Positions 1-13,116 of a stretch of 64,000 bases of DNA are shown piece by piece. This stretch comes from Gammaproteobacteria bacterium (GTDB taxonomy: Bacteria > Pseudomonadota > Gammaproteobacteria > S012-40), in the NCBI GenBank assembly GCA_919902765.1, contig CAKKRP010000043.1:22053-86052 (forward strand), given 5' to 3'. The position numbers and the translations under genes were made by a program. The notes beneath the pieces are model-generated. The model searched no databases, had not been told where the DNA came from, and saw only the letters and a program-made list of their open reading frames with translations. Positions within the stretch are counted from its first letter, which is position 1; each line of letters opens with the position of its first letter.

Positions 1-93
1 TACCGTAATATGTTTAATAGTAAAAACGATGTGATGGTGATGGAACCTGATTCGGAATTTTTTAAATATTTCAAAAATTCCGGCGGCAAATAA
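1..93 (+). CDS. hflC: 3' end of HflC (membrane protease modulator), partial
   Basis: Frame-1 translation YRNMFNSKNDVMVMEPDSEFFKYFKNSGGK* resembles the HflC C-terminus (…NSKQDVMVLSPDSDFFRYMK…). The downstream DUF2065–hisZ–purA order matches the conserved hflKC–hisZ–purA neighbourhood. Confidence 0.45.
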   Translation, partial: YRNMFNSKNDVMVMEPDSEFFKYFKNSGGK

Positions 94-236
94 GCATACA
101 CGTCATATTAAGAATAAATGTTGGGGTTAGGCGATTAAAATGTAGGTAACGGATGGGGATGCGGTTTAATAATCGCCCTTTAATTTGACTGAATTGCTGC
201 GGTCGGCTATAGGCGGGTTATTCTTTAGAGTCCGCC

Positions 237-455
237 TTGTGGACGCGCGGATTTTGCGGGGAAGATAAAATGTGGCGTGATCTGTGGGTGGCTTCTGCCC
301 TGATGTTGGTATTAGAGGGTATAATACCGTTTTTAAATCCAGGCAGTACGCGCCAAGCGCTGCTCATGGTTGCAGAAATGGATGATAAGGTGTTACGTAT
401 CGTCGGTTTTGCATGCATGGTGGTCGGCGCGATATTATTGTACATGTTTCAATAG
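237..455 (+). CDS. DUF2065-family small membrane protein
   Basis: 72-aa hydrophobic ORF (…LWVASALMLVLEGIIPFLNPG…VGFACMVVGAILLY). It sits in the position between hflC and hisZ that this family occupies in many gammaproteobacteria. The real start may be the internal Met at about 267. Confidence 0.5.
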   Translation: MWTRGFCGEDKMWRDLWVASALMLVLEGIIPFLNPGSTRQALLMVAEMDDKVLRIVGFACMVVGAILLYMFQ

Positions 456-470
456 TAGGGCCACACCGGC

Positions 471-2955
<2,485 letters not shown>

Positions 2956-3090
2956 TTTTGGAGCGCGGTGACGTGATTTTCCGCTATGCGCATGGCCCCA
3001 TATGCGATGTGAGTTCGCCACAATCTATTATAGTAGTAGCAAGGCGAGAAAATGGCCATTTCCTCGTCGTGTTCGCGCAGTGAACATTTC

Positions 3091-4560
3091 TCACCTACGC
3101 CTGCGTGGTGTCGATCCCCCAAGCAATGACCCTAGCACCCCACGTACAATCTGGCGTCCGATTTGACTGCCGATAGCACGCGCCGCCCCTTTGGCGAAGG
3201 TTTCAAACAGCCCACTCGCCGCCGAACGCGGTGCTGATGATGTGCGGCGTGCCGGCGTATCGTCCGCAGTTGCCGGTGTGCCGGATTCAGCCCGTTTCTG
3301 CAGGGCCTCATAGGCCGATGCTCTATCGATCGGTTTTTCATAGTGTCCATACACGGCCGAGGTTTTAATCAGCGCGGTGCGTTCCGCTGTCGTCAGCGGT
3401 GCCAACCGGCTGCGCGGCGGGTAGATCCACGCACGCTCAACGACACTGGGTGTGCCTTTTTCATCTAGCAGCGATACCAGGGCCTCGCCTACGCCTAGTT
3501 CGGTGATCGCGTCGCGGATATTTAATTTCGGATTGGCGCGAAAGGTTTCGGCCGCAGCACGCACGGCCTTTTGATCTTTGGGGGTAAATGCGCGCAAGGC
3601 GTGTTGTACGCGATTACCTAGTTGGCCTAAAACCGCTGCGGGGATATCGAGGGGATTTTGCGTGACAAAATAGATGCCTACGCCCTTAGAGCGTATCAAG
3701 CGCACCACTTGCTCGATCTTTTCCAGCAAGGCCTTGGGTGCATCGGAAAACAGTAAATGCGCCTCGTCGAAAAAGAACACCAATTTGGGTTTTTCGAGAT
3801 CGCCTGCTTCGGGCAATATTTCAAAAAGTTCCGACAACATCCACAACAAAAAGGTCGCGTATAATTTCGGCGATTGCATTAATTTATCGGCGGCCAGCAA
3901 ATTAATAATGCCATGTCCGTGTTCATTGGTTTGGATTAAATCGTCAAGATTCAACGCCGGCTCGCCAAAGAATACATCGCCGCCTTGTTCATCGAGCGCC
4001 ACCAAACCGCGCTGGATCGCACCGATGCTGGCGGTCGAGATATTGCCGAATTCAGTTTTAAATTCTGCGGCGTGTTCACCCACGTATTGCACCATGGCGC
4101 GTAAATCTTTCATATCCAGTAACAACAGGCCATGATCATCGGCGATTTTAAATACCAGCGACAACACGCTTGCTTGGGTCTCGTTGAGATCCAGGAGTCG
4201 TGCAAGCAGCAACGGGCCCATTTCGGACACAGTGGTGCGTACCGGGTGTCCTTGGGTGCCGAACACATCCCAAAACGCGACCGGGGCCGCGCCATAGGAA
4301 AAATCCTCGATCGCTAATTCGCTAATGCGTTGTGCAATTTTTGGAGAGGCCATGCCCGCCTTGGCGAGCCCAGACAGGTCGCCCTTGGCATCGGCCATGA
4401 AGACCGGTACTCCGGCGGCGCTAAAGGCCTCCGCAAGCACCCGCAAGGTGACTGTCTTGCCGGTGCCGGTCGCGCCAGCAATCAGGCCATGGCGATTGGC
4501 CATCGCGGGCACAATGCCTAAGATATTGTTTGATATAGCAAAAATATAAGGATTACTCAT
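3091..4560 (-). CDS. YjgR-like DUF853 family NTPase (HerA-like ATPase)
   Basis: 489 aa; N-terminal …[21 protein letters not shown]… Walker A and …[12 protein letters not shown]… Walker B-like segments are typical of the YjgR/DUF853 family. Confidence 0.7.
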   Translation of the reverse strand: MSNPYIFAISNNILGIVPAMANRHGLIAGATGTGKTVTLRVLAEAFSAAGVPVFMADAKGDLSGLAKAGMASPKIAQRISELAIEDFSYGAAPVAFWDVFGTQGHPVRTTVSEMGPLLLARLLDLNETQASVLSLVFKIADDHGLLLLDMKDLRAMVQYVGEHAAEFKTEFGNISTASIGAIQRGLVALDEQGGDVFFGEPALNLDDLIQTNEHGHGIINLLAADKLMQSPKLYATFLLWMLSELFEILPEAGDLEKPKLVFFFDEAHLLFSDAPKALLEKIEQVVRLIRSKGVGIYFVTQNPLDIPAAVLGQLGNRVQHALRAFTPKDQKAVRAAAETFRANPKLNIRDAITELGVGEALVSLLDEKGTPSVVERAWIYPPRSRLAPLTTAERTALIKTSAVYGHYEKPIDRASAYEALQKRAESGTPATADDTPARRTSSAPRSAASGLFETFAKGAARAIGSQIGRQIVRGVLGSLLGGSTPRRRR

Positions 4561-4828
4561 GATGAATACTCTTTGTTAAATCTTGGTTCTAGGCTTGGCG
4601 GCACTATAATAGATTACTGCGCCATCGACAACCGATCGTTAAGGCGTTAAAAATAAATAATAATATCTCATTAAAAACAATGCTTTAATTGCTGCCGGGC
4701 GATTTAAGACTCACCAAAGCAACCTGTAGTAGGCTTGCGACAGGTTAATAGGTAGTTTAAGATGTTAAGCTTAAGTTTCATTGGGCAATTCTAATTGTTA
4801 TTTGGTTATTCTAACCTGAGGGGGAACT

Positions 4829-5278
4829 ATGCGTAATACTATGTTGCGTTTGGCGTTAGCGGCGATCATTGCGGCTCCTATGTCGGTCGCCATGGCAGGT
4901 GGCAAGGTACATAAATTGTTGTTGCAGATTAATGATAATGATGAAGCGCGTATGCAGTTGGTGCTTAACAATGCATCCAATGTCATGAAAGTGTATCAAG
5001 ACAAGGGCGAAGAAGTGCATATCGATATCGTCGCCTATGGCCCAGGTTTAAACTTTTTGCGCGAGGACAAAGCGTCCGATGAAATTAAAACACGCATTAA
5101 GAGCATGAAACAGAGTTATGATACCGTGTCGTTTATTGCCTGTGGCAATACCAAAACGAACATGGAAAAGAAGGAAGGCAAAGAGGTTAAGCTGATTGAA
5201 CAAGCCAAGCTGGTTACCGCCGGTGTGGTGCATATCATGGAACACGAAGAGGCTGGCTGGAGCTATGTACGTCCGTAA
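4829..5278 (+). CDS. Periplasmic DsrE/DsrF-like family protein
   Basis: Signal peptide (MRNTMLRLALAAIIAAPMSVAMA), then …LLLQINDNDEARMQLVLNNASNV…VHIDIVAYGPGLNFLRED… and C-terminal …VVHIMEHEEAGWSYVRP, matching the secreted DsrE-like family. GAGGGGG RBS before the ATG. Confidence 0.55.
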   Translation: MRNTMLRLALAAIIAAPMSVAMAGGKVHKLLLQINDNDEARMQLVLNNASNVMKVYQDKGEEVHIDIVAYGPGLNFLREDKASDEIKTRIKSMKQSYDTVSFIACGNTKTNMEKKEGKEVKLIEQAKLVTAGVVHIMEHEEAGWSYVRP

Positions 5279-5350
5279 GGCTTGATCCGGTTTCGTTACA
5301 CTGTATTCTAATGTAGCAGTGCTTCCGGAACGTGTAAGCAAAGACGGGGG

Positions 5351-5387
5351 GGCCTTATCGCGTTGCGGTAAGGCCTTTCCGTTTTTA
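5351..5387 (+). terminator. Putative Rho-independent terminator after the DsrE-like gene
   Basis: GGCCTTAtcgcgttgcggTAAGGCC hairpin (7-bp perfect outer stem plus inner CGC/GCG pairs), followed by TTTCCGTTTTTA. Confidence 0.4.
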
Positions 5388-5402
5388 GTGTAGAGGGATA
5401 GA

Positions 5403-6077
5403 GTGAATATAGCGCAATATCTTGCCCAAAAAATGCTCAAAACGCGTATGATAACGCCTGCCGAGGCCTTGCCAGGGCGCGCGCAACCTGCGTTTATGCT
5501 CGCTAAAACCCATGCGGTATTTTCTGATCGCACATTGTTACCGCCTTATCCAAAAAAGCTATCCTTGGCGATGTTTGGAATGGGGTGTTTTTGGGGTGCC
5601 GAAAAATGTTTTTGGAGCATAGACGGCGTTTATGTCACTGCGGTCGGTTATGCGGGCGGTTATACGCCTCATCCCACTTATGAAGAAGTTTGTAGCGGTT
5701 ACACGGGGCACAATGAAGTCGTGCGTGTGGTTTACGATCCACAGCAAATCAGATATCAGGCCTTGTTGAAAATATTTTGGGAGGCGCATAATCCAACACA
5801 AGGCATGCGCCAAGGCAATGATGTGGGTACGCAATATCGATCCGGTATTTATGCGTACACAGTAAAACAACGACAGGCCGCGCTCGCCAGTATGCGCGCG
5901 TTTCAAAAGGCCTTGTCTAAACAAGCGCTGGGGACTATTACCGCAGAAATTGTCGATGCGCCGGAATTTTATTTTGCGGAGCCATATCACCAGCAATATT
6001 TGGCGAAAAATCCTGATGGTTATTGCGGCCTAGGCGGGCTGAGTATAGAATTACCCGCACGCCGCCAAAAGCGTTAA
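5403..6077 (+). CDS. msrA: Peptide methionine sulfoxide reductase MsrA
   Basis: …[16 protein letters not shown]…[32 protein letters not shown]… canonical MsrA motifs; true start probably an internal Met. Confidence 0.9.
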   Translation: MNIAQYLAQKMLKTRMITPAEALPGRAQPAFMLAKTHAVFSDRTLLPPYPKKLSLAMFGMGCFWGAEKCFWSIDGVYVTAVGYAGGYTPHPTYEEVCSGYTGHNEVVRVVYDPQQIRYQALLKIFWEAHNPTQGMRQGNDVGTQYRSGIYAYTVKQRQAALASMRAFQKALSKQALGTITAEIVDAPEFYFAEPYHQQYLAKNPDGYCGLGGLSIELPARRQKR

Positions 6078-6080
6078 TCC

Positions 6081-8618
6081 GTGAATACATCCCTTCCTAT
6101 TGCGGCGATACTACCTGAGATCGTCGATGCACTCAATGTTCAAACCAATTTAGTTATTCAAGCGCCGCCCGGCGCGGGCAAGACCACCGCTGTACCGTTG
6201 GCGCTGTTGGATGCAGCGTGGGCGAAATCGCAACGCATAATCATGTTGGAACCGAGGCGGCTAGCGGCGCGCGCGGCGGCTGCACGCATGGCGGATTTGC
6301 TTGGGGAGCAGGCTGGTGAAACCGTCGGATACAGGGTGCGCTTAGACAAAAAAATCGGCGCACGCACGCGCATTGAAGTGGTCACGGAAGGCATTTTAAC
6401 GCGCATGTTGCAGGAAGACCCGGCCTTGGATGGGGTAGCGGTAGTGATTTTTGACGAGTTTCACGAGCGCCATTTGCATTCGGACTTGGGCCTCGCGCTG
6501 TGTCTCGATGTACAAGCCAATCTGCGCGAAAATTTACGACTGATTGTGATGTCGGCGACCCTGGATGCGCAACCCGTCGCCGCGTTGCTGCACGACGCAC
6601 CCATCATTACCAGCGTCGGGAAATCCTATGCGGTGGATATTCGATATTGCGATCCGGGTGCGCCGAATATGTTGGACAGCGCCACCGCCAATACCATACG
6701 TACGGCACTACGTGAAGCGGCGGGCGATATTTTGGTATTTTTACCGGGCGTGCGGGAAATACAACGCGTGGAATCTCTAGTGCGCAATTTCCCGGAAACC
6801 GCTGCGTTGCATATTGCATGCTTGTACGGCGACCTCAATAAGCAACAACAAGATCAAGCCATAGTCCCATCACGCGATGGCAAACGCAAGGTCGTGTTGG
6901 CCACCAATATCGCGGAAAGCAGTTTAACTATTGAAGGCGTGACGGTGGTCATAGACAGCGGTTTAATGCGCAAACTTGAGTTCGATCCTAACAGCGCGAT
7001 GTCGCGCTTAGCGACGACGCGTATCTCGCAGGCCTCCGCAACGCAACGCGCAGGGCGCGCCGGGCGTTTAGGTCCGGGGGTATGTTATCGGCTGTGGTCG
7101 CAAGAGGCGCAACAACGTTTGTTGCCGTTTAATATACCTGAAATACAAGATCAAGACCTTGCGCCATTGGTCTTGGAATTGGCGCAGTGGGGCGTGCAAG
7201 ACGCAAATCGCTTGCGGTGGATCAATGTGCCGCCTGCGGCGAATTTAGCGCAAGCACGTGATCTATTGGTGCAATTGCAGGCGCTAAATGATCACGGCCA
7301 AATCACCGCTCATGGGCGAGACATGCATCGTTTAGGATATCACCCGCGTTTGGCGCATATGATGTTGCGCGGCAAGGAATTGGGCGTCGGATATCTTGCC
7401 TGTGAAGTCGCGGCGCTATTAAACGAGCGCGACATTATTCGCGGTAAAACGGTGCAAAAAGACAGCGATATTGGTACTCGTTTGAGCCTATGGCGCTCCA
7501 TTATTGGGGCGCGTGGAGGTGTCGCCACGTCTGATCAAAATGTCGATAAAGCGCTGTGTTTTCAGCTAAAAGAGCAAGCGGAGTTGTGGGCTAGACAGTT
7601 GGGAGTGGTGCGTAGACAAGACGACCTTTCGCATGTCGGCAAGTTGGCGGCGTTGGCATACCCTGATCGAGTTGCGCAGCGCCGTGGCGGTTCGGACGCG
7701 CGCTACCTATTAGCCAATGGGCGCGGCGCAGGGTTTGCTGTTGCAGAATCCCTGTCCAGCGAAAAATTGATCGTCATTGCGCAATTGGACGCCGGTCAGC
7801 GCGAGGCGCGTATTTTTCTCGCGGCGAGCTTAGATGAAGACACCGTGTTTTCCGTGTTTGGAGACCTCATCACGCGCCATGACCTTGTTGAATGGAATGA
7901 TAGAACACAGTCGGTGCAGGCGCGGCGGGTATGGCGCTATGGCGCTATTACATTGCGTGAACAACAACTATTAGACATACCTCAGGAATTGCGCACGCAC
8001 GCCTTGTTTCAAGGGATAATCAACAAAGGGATTGGGAGCCTTCCGTGGACGGATCGTTTGCGTGAGTGGCAGGCGCGCGTATTATTATTACAGCGTATCA
8101 ATTACGCGTTGCCAGAAGAACCCGCAGCGTGGCCGGAGGTTAGCGATGGTGCGTTGGTGTTGCAAATACAACAATGGTTAGGCCCGTATTTAAACGATAA
8201 AAAACAACTCTCGGATATTAATGAACAGTGTTTAACACAGGCGCTTGCGAGCCTATTAACGTGGCGGCAACAACAGGCCTTGGATGTATTGACGCCTACG
8301 CATTTGACGGTCGCCAGTGGTTCGCACGTGCGATTGGATTATCGCACGCAAGACAAACCCGTGTTAGCAGTGCGGCTGCAAGAATTATTCGGTGAACGTA
8401 CAACCCCCAGCGTTGCCAATGGACGGGTTCCCGTAATCCTGCATTTGTTATCGCCGGGTATGCGCATTGCCCAGATTACTGAAGATTTGGCGGGTTTTTG
8501 GGCCAATTCATATGCGGACGTAAAAAAAGACCTTAAAGCGCGTTATCCCAAGCATTTATGGCCAGATGATCCCCTCAACGCACTACCCACGGCGCGCGCT
8601 CGACCGCGTAAGCCATAA
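6081..8618 (+). CDS. hrpB: ATP-dependent RNA helicase HrpB (DEAH-box)
   Basis: 845 aa; LPIAAILPEIVDAL…LVIQAPPGAGKTT N-terminus, DEFHER DEAH box, HrpB C-terminal region. Length and domain order fit HrpB. Confidence 0.9.
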   Translation: MNTSLPIAAILPEIVDALNVQTNLVIQAPPGAGKTTAVPLALLDAAWAKSQRIIMLEPRRLAARAAAARMADLLGEQAGETVGYRVRLDKKIGARTRIEVVTEGILTRMLQEDPALDGVAVVIFDEFHERHLHSDLGLALCLDVQANLRENLRLIVMSATLDAQPVAALLHDAPIITSVGKSYAVDIRYCDPGAPNMLDSATANTIRTALREAAGDILVFLPGVREIQRVESLVRNFPETAALHIACLYGDLNKQQQDQAIVPSRDGKRKVVLATNIAESSLTIEGVTVVIDSGLMRKLEFDPNSAMSRLATTRISQASATQRAGRAGRLGPGVCYRLWSQEAQQRLLPFNIPEIQDQDLAPLVLELAQWGVQDANRLRWINVPPAANLAQARDLLVQLQALNDHGQITAHGRDMHRLGYHPRLAHMMLRGKELGVGYLACEVAALLNERDIIRGKTVQKDSDIGTRLSLWRSIIGARGGVATSDQNVDKALCFQLKEQAELWARQLGVVRRQDDLSHVGKLAALAYPDRVAQRRGGSDARYLLANGRGAGFAVAESLSSEKLIVIAQLDAGQREARIFLAASLDEDTVFSVFGDLITRHDLVEWNDRTQSVQARRVWRYGAITLREQQLLDIPQELRTHALFQGIINKGIGSLPWTDRLREWQARVLLLQRINYALPEEPAAWPEVSDGALVLQIQQWLGPYLNDKKQLSDINEQCLTQALASLLTWRQQQALDVLTPTHLTVASGSHVRLDYRTQDKPVLAVRLQELFGERTTPSVANGRVPVILHLLSPGMRIAQITEDLAGFWANSYADVKKDLKARYPKHLWPDDPLNALPTARARPRKP

Positions 8619-8660
8619 TATTCCACGACGCAGCGCGTGGTGCCGTCGCTGGTCTAGGAA

Positions 8661-9737
8661 TTGCTTACTTATAAAATCAATCTGCTAACGCGTAAGCTCG
8701 CAGCCGGGTACTCCATGCGCCAAACATATTGCATCATAAGCCGCCCGATTGCGCTCCTCGTCGGCATAATAGGGTCTGCCAACGCGCTGTGCGCAGAAAC
8801 CTCCGTATATGGAAAAATTCACCTGTCAGTCGATGGCGTAAGCACCGGCTACGGTAAGCATACGGCGTTGAGTAGCAATTCATCGCGTATCGGGTTTAAA
8901 GGATCGGAGCCGCTTGCCGATTGGGTGGTCGCGATATGGCGCTTAGAAAGCGACATCGACGTAAGCGGTGAGCGCGGCTATCTGCGTGCGCGCAACCGCT
9001 ATGCGGGCTTGGCGAGCAAGGCAGGTAGCCTGACGGGCGGCGTCCATGATACGCCGTGGAAGCTGGTAGAACAAAAATTCGATATTTATGGCGATACGCT
9101 TTTTGATGCGCGCTCGCTGCTAGGTTCTAGCGGAGCGGTGTTCATTGATACCGGTGCGAAAAACAGCGTGTTATATAAATCGCCGCTATTGAGCGGTGTT
9201 CAATTAAATTTATTGTATTCTTTCGGTGAAGAAAAACGCATTGATGGCAGCGATGTGACAAGTTTGACGAGCGCTTCTTGGACTCTAAAAACGGAAATGT
9301 TAAACCTTGCCATCGCCTATGAAAATCAAGACCGATATCACACCGAACAATGGCGTGCCGCAGGCTCGTTTAAATTCGCCATGTTCCGCGCCAATGCCAT
9401 TTACGAACGACTGAGTTCTACCTTGTATTCATCGCTGACGCGTGAGGCCGTCGGCGGAAATTTCACCGTCGCGTTACCCGCAGGTTTTAGCGTGCATGCG
9501 CAAAGTGTAGGTGTTTTCAATGCGGCGGCGACGATGTTTGTTGCGGCGATGGCTGGTAGCGGCATCAGCTACAATTTTGCGAAATCCGGCCAAGTCTATG
9601 TGTTAGGGGGGCTGCTAAAAAATGCCGCTACATCGGGTTTTACATTTGCGAACGGCGGCCACGGTGAACAGTATAGTCTATTCGCCGCCGGTCACAGTGC
9701 ATATGCCGTCTCCACAGGTATGATAGTTAAATTTTAG
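8661..9737 (+). CDS. Outer-membrane porin (Gram-negative porin superfamily)
   Basis: Signal peptide, alternating amphipathic beta-strand pattern, C-terminal …GMIVKF with terminal Phe typical of OMPs. Start probably the internal Met at about 8715. Confidence 0.5.
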   Translation: MLTYKINLLTRKLAAGYSMRQTYCIISRPIALLVGIIGSANALCAETSVYGKIHLSVDGVSTGYGKHTALSSNSSRIGFKGSEPLADWVVAIWRLESDIDVSGERGYLRARNRYAGLASKAGSLTGGVHDTPWKLVEQKFDIYGDTLFDARSLLGSSGAVFIDTGAKNSVLYKSPLLSGVQLNLLYSFGEEKRIDGSDVTSLTSASWTLKTEMLNLAIAYENQDRYHTEQWRAAGSFKFAMFRANAIYERLSSTLYSSLTREAVGGNFTVALPAGFSVHAQSVGVFNAAATMFVAAMAGSGISYNFAKSGQVYVLGGLLKNAATSGFTFANGGHGEQYSLFAAGHSAYAVSTGMIVKF

Positions 9738-11788
9738 CTCTGGTTTGCCAGCTTCGACCATCCTGCATCCGGTTTAAAGCTGTCGCCATAGCGCGTTTGC
9801 AAGTCATGCAAACGCGTTGCATAGGTATTGGTGCCGTTGTCTTTGACGTATTGCATAGGGCCGCCGCGAAACGGCGCAAAACCGGTACCGAAAATCACCC
9901 CTGCATCCAATAAATCCGCATCGGTCACTACGCCTTCGCGTAGACAAGCAACCGCCTCGTTGATCATGCGCCCGATCAGACGATCCGTCACATCTTTAGA
10001 GACCTTGCCGCTTGCGCTGCCGCCGCCTGTGGGTTTGCCATCGCCGGAATAGGCATAAAATCCATGTCCGGTTTTGACGCCCAATTCGCCGCGTGCGACT
10101 TTTTCGCGCAGCACATTGGGTACTTTTACATTCAGTTGTTTAGACAGTATTTCCGCCACCGATAAACAAATATCCAAGCCCACGGTATCCGCAAGGTGTA
10201 GCGGCCCCATCGGCATGCCGAAATATAATGCTGAATTGTCTATCAATTGTTGGCTCACGCCTTCCGTATACAACTCGACCGCCTCAAGCAAATAAGGCAT
10301 TAATACGCGATTGACGAGGAACCCAGGGCCACTCTTTACAGGCAAGGGCAGTTTATCAATTTGTTTCGCAAAGGCCGCGACGCGTTGCGCGCATATAGGA
10401 TCGGTGCGCGGCGTCGTCACGATTTCAATCAAAGGCATTTGCGCCACGGGATTGAAAAAATGCAATCCAACCAGGCGTTCAGGCTTTTTCAGCGCCTGCG
10501 AAAGTATTTCCAATGGAATGCTAGAGGTGTTGGTCGTCAATAGCGCGGTCGGCTTCATGCGCGGTTCCAGGCTGCGATAAAGACCTTGTTTCGCCTCTAC
10601 GTTTTCGATAATCGCCTCGACGATAATATCCGCGCGTTCCACACCGTAGCCGCCGATATCGGGGATCAACCGATCCATGGCCGCCTGGACCAATAGGCGG
10701 TCTTTCAAGCGCTTATCGAACAGTTTGTAGGCGCGTTGTAACACCTTGGCCAAGACCTCGGGCTTGCGATCTTGCAACGTCACCTGCAGCCCTTGCAATG
10801 CGCACCACACGGCGATATCGCCGCCCATGACGCCTGCGCCCACGACATGCACATTAAATATTTTATTTTCGGACGCCGGTAATTTACCTAATTCTTTCAG
10901 GTGGTCGCGTAAGAAAAACACGCGTACTAAATTGCGCGCCGTGGAATCCGTCACTAAACGCGCCACGGATTTGCCTTCTTCCTGCATCATGGCGCGCGGA
11001 TTTCCCGCATATTTGCGCCACAAATCTATCAGCGCATGCGGAGACGGGTAATGCTCGCGCATGGCCTTCTGGGAGGTTTTTTTGCGCATAATGCGCGCGA
11101 GAAACGGGCGTACTAGCGCGCTATTGGTAAATTTAACGCTAGATTTGACGGGTTTGCGCACCATGCGTTCCATAATGGCTGAGCGTGCGGCATTTTTTAA
11201 ATGCCGCGTAGGCACTGAGAAATCCACTATGCCCATTTTCCACGCCGTTTTGGCGTTGACGGTTCTGCCGGTGAGCATTAAATCCATCGCCGATGGCGCG
11301 CCGATGAGCTGTGTCAGGCGCACCGTACCGCCAAAACCGGGGTGTATGCCGAGTTGCACTTCGGGTAGGCCCAGCTTGGTTTTAGCGCCGTCATCGGCGA
11401 CGCGAAAGGTACAGCCTAACGCGAGCTCTAAACCGCCACCCAGGCAAAAGCCGTTGATCATCGCGACACTGGTAAAGGGCAGTGTCGCGATGCGATCAAT
11501 AGTGTTTTGGCCGAGCTGAATAAAACTCAGGGCCTCGTCGTAGTTTTTTACTTTGGTAAATTCATTGATATCCGCACCTGCGATAAATCCGTTGGATTTT
11601 CCCGAAAGAAAAATAACACCGGCCGGTAGCGGCTTAGTGAGCATTTCATCGAGTACGCCATTGAGCTCTTTCAATACATCTATGGACAATGAATTCGCGT
11701 TGGAATCGGCCTTGTCAAAATATACCCACACGATGCCTTGTTCGTCACGCTCGACACGCCAGTGCTTATATGCCTTTTTACCTTTCAT
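9734..11788 (-). CDS. fadJ: Fatty-acid oxidation complex alpha subunit (enoyl-CoA hydratase / 3-hydroxyacyl-CoA dehydrogenase; FadJ/FadB-like)
   Basis: 684 aa; N-terminal crotonase fold, NAD-binding VVGAGVMGGDIA Rossmann motif of 3-hydroxyacyl-CoA dehydrogenase. It follows a thiolase gene in the same operon (FadI–FadJ-like order). Confidence 0.8.
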   Translation of the reverse strand: MKGKKAYKHWRVERDEQGIVWVYFDKADSNANSLSIDVLKELNGVLDEMLTKPLPAGVIFLSGKSNGFIAGADINEFTKVKNYDEALSFIQLGQNTIDRIATLPFTSVAMINGFCLGGGLELALGCTFRVADDGAKTKLGLPEVQLGIHPGFGGTVRLTQLIGAPSAMDLMLTGRTVNAKTAWKMGIVDFSVPTRHLKNAARSAIMERMVRKPVKSSVKFTNSALVRPFLARIMRKKTSQKAMREHYPSPHALIDLWRKYAGNPRAMMQEEGKSVARLVTDSTARNLVRVFFLRDHLKELGKLPASENKIFNVHVVGAGVMGGDIAVWCALQGLQVTLQDRKPEVLAKVLQRAYKLFDKRLKDRLLVQAAMDRLIPDIGGYGVERADIIVEAIIENVEAKQGLYRSLEPRMKPTALLTTNTSSIPLEILSQALKKPERLVGLHFFNPVAQMPLIEIVTTPRTDPICAQRVAAFAKQIDKLPLPVKSGPGFLVNRVLMPYLLEAVELYTEGVSQQLIDNSALYFGMPMGPLHLADTVGLDICLSVAEILSKQLNVKVPNVLREKVARGELGVKTGHGFYAYSGDGKPTGGGSASGKVSKDVTDRLIGRMINEAVACLREGVVTDADLLDAGVIFGTGFAPFRGGPMQYVKDNGTNTYATRLHDLQTRYGDSFKPDAGWSKLANQS

Positions 11789-13107
11789 GGCGTAACTCCT
11801 GATACACGTTCAACTAACATGGCGCCGCCTTGGCCGCCGCCGATACACAAACTTGCTATCCCGCGCTTCGCTTCAGCGCGTTGCAACACTTTCAACATGT
11901 GTAGCACGATGCGCGCGCCGCTCGCGCCTACCGGGTGTCCGATACTCACGCCACCGCCATCGACATTCAATCGAGAGCGATCCAATTCGCCTAACGCGCC
12001 GTCCAAGCCCAATTCATTACGACAATATTCATCGCTTTTCCAGGCCTCTATGCAGGCTAATACTTGCCCCGCGAAGGCCTCGTTGACCTCCCAATAATCT
12101 ATGTCTTTTAACTTTAATCCTTGGCGTTGTAAAATAGGCGCCATCGCATGTGCCGGGCCTAAGCCCATTTGCGCGGGATCGACACCCGCCCAGTGCGCAT
12201 CTATAATGCGGCCTATCACCGGCAGATCGAATTTTTTAACCGCCTCTTCACTCGCCAATATCAGCATGGCCGCGCCATCGGTCACCTGTGCGCTATTACC
12301 GGCCGTAACGCTGCCGAACCCGCGATCAAAAACCGGTTTTAATTTCGCCAACTGCACGAGGTCCGTTTCGCGGCGTAAACCGTCGTCTTGGTTATACGAA
12401 TTGCCACGGTAGTCATACATCACTTCAATTTCATCTAAATATTTTTGATCTTGCGCGTAGGCGAGGCGACGATGGCTCTCAAGCGCGAATTCATCCATCT
12501 GCGTGCGCGAAATATTGAATCGATAGGCGAGATTTTCAGCGGTTTGCCCCATATTTAAGCCCACGATAGGATCGGTCAAACCGCGTATTAAGCCGATGAT
12601 GGGTTTGAGGTGCTTGCCACGCAGTTTTATCAGCGCGCCAATCTTTTGCCCGAGGGTTTTGGCGCGGCTGAAATCCGCCAGCCATTCCACCATGGTATTG
12701 TTATAGAGCACTGGCGCATGGCTCATCGATTCCACGCCACCGGCCAAGATGAGGTTAGAGCGACCCGAGGCGATGTTTTCGGCGGCGCAATCCAAGGCTT
12801 GCAAACCGGATGCGCAATTGCGTTGTACCGTCCACGCGGGCACATGTTCTTTGCATCCCAAGCGCAAGGCGATAACGCGCGCGATATTGGCCTCATCCGG
12901 GCCGGGCATGACGCAGCCGACGATGACTTCATCGAGATCGCTGGCTAAAAAACGTTGGCGCACCATCAAGGGTCGCCCCGCAGAAACGGCAAGATTTGCC
13001 GCCGTAAACGGCCCGGGCTTTCCTTTAGACTTCAGGAACGGCGTGCGCGCGCCATCGACAACGTATACCGCACGGGCAAATCGACTGGTATTTTTACGTA
13101 CACTCAT
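11785..13107 (-). CDS. fadI: Acetyl-CoA C-acyltransferase (3-ketoacyl-CoA thiolase, FadI/FadA-like)
   Basis: 440 aa; thiolase active-site context …NRNCASGLQAL… and C-terminal …GIASLCIGGGQGGAM…; overlaps the fadJ-like start by 4 nt. Confidence 0.85.
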   Translation of the reverse strand: MSVRKNTSRFARAVYVVDGARTPFLKSKGKPGPFTAANLAVSAGRPLMVRQRFLASDLDEVIVGCVMPGPDEANIARVIALRLGCKEHVPAWTVQRNCASGLQALDCAAENIASGRSNLILAGGVESMSHAPVLYNNTMVEWLADFSRAKTLGQKIGALIKLRGKHLKPIIGLIRGLTDPIVGLNMGQTAENLAYRFNISRTQMDEFALESHRRLAYAQDQKYLDEIEVMYDYRGNSYNQDDGLRRETDLVQLAKLKPVFDRGFGSVTAGNSAQVTDGAAMLILASEEAVKKFDLPVIGRIIDAHWAGVDPAQMGLGPAHAMAPILQRQGLKLKDIDYWEVNEAFAGQVLACIEAWKSDEYCRNELGLDGALGELDRSRLNVDGGGVSIGHPVGASGARIVLHMLKVLQRAEAKRGIASLCIGGGQGGAMLVERVSGVTP

Positions 13108-13116
13108 ATAAATTCC

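Noticed and set aside
218-445. 75-aa minus-strand ORF antisense to the DUF2065 gene
   Set aside because: It fully overlaps a conserved plus-strand gene in a conserved syntenic position; likely spurious.
3674-4549. Several plus-strand ORFs (3674-4135, 4132-4317, 4325-4549) inside the YjgR-like gene
   Set aside because: They are antisense to a long ORF with clear ATPase motifs. Their Ser/Ala/Arg-rich low-complexity translations are typical of GC-rich antisense frames.
8619-8660. CCACGacgcagcgCGTGG hairpin after hrpB as a terminator
   Set aside because: A short stem without a downstream T-run, so this is not convincing.
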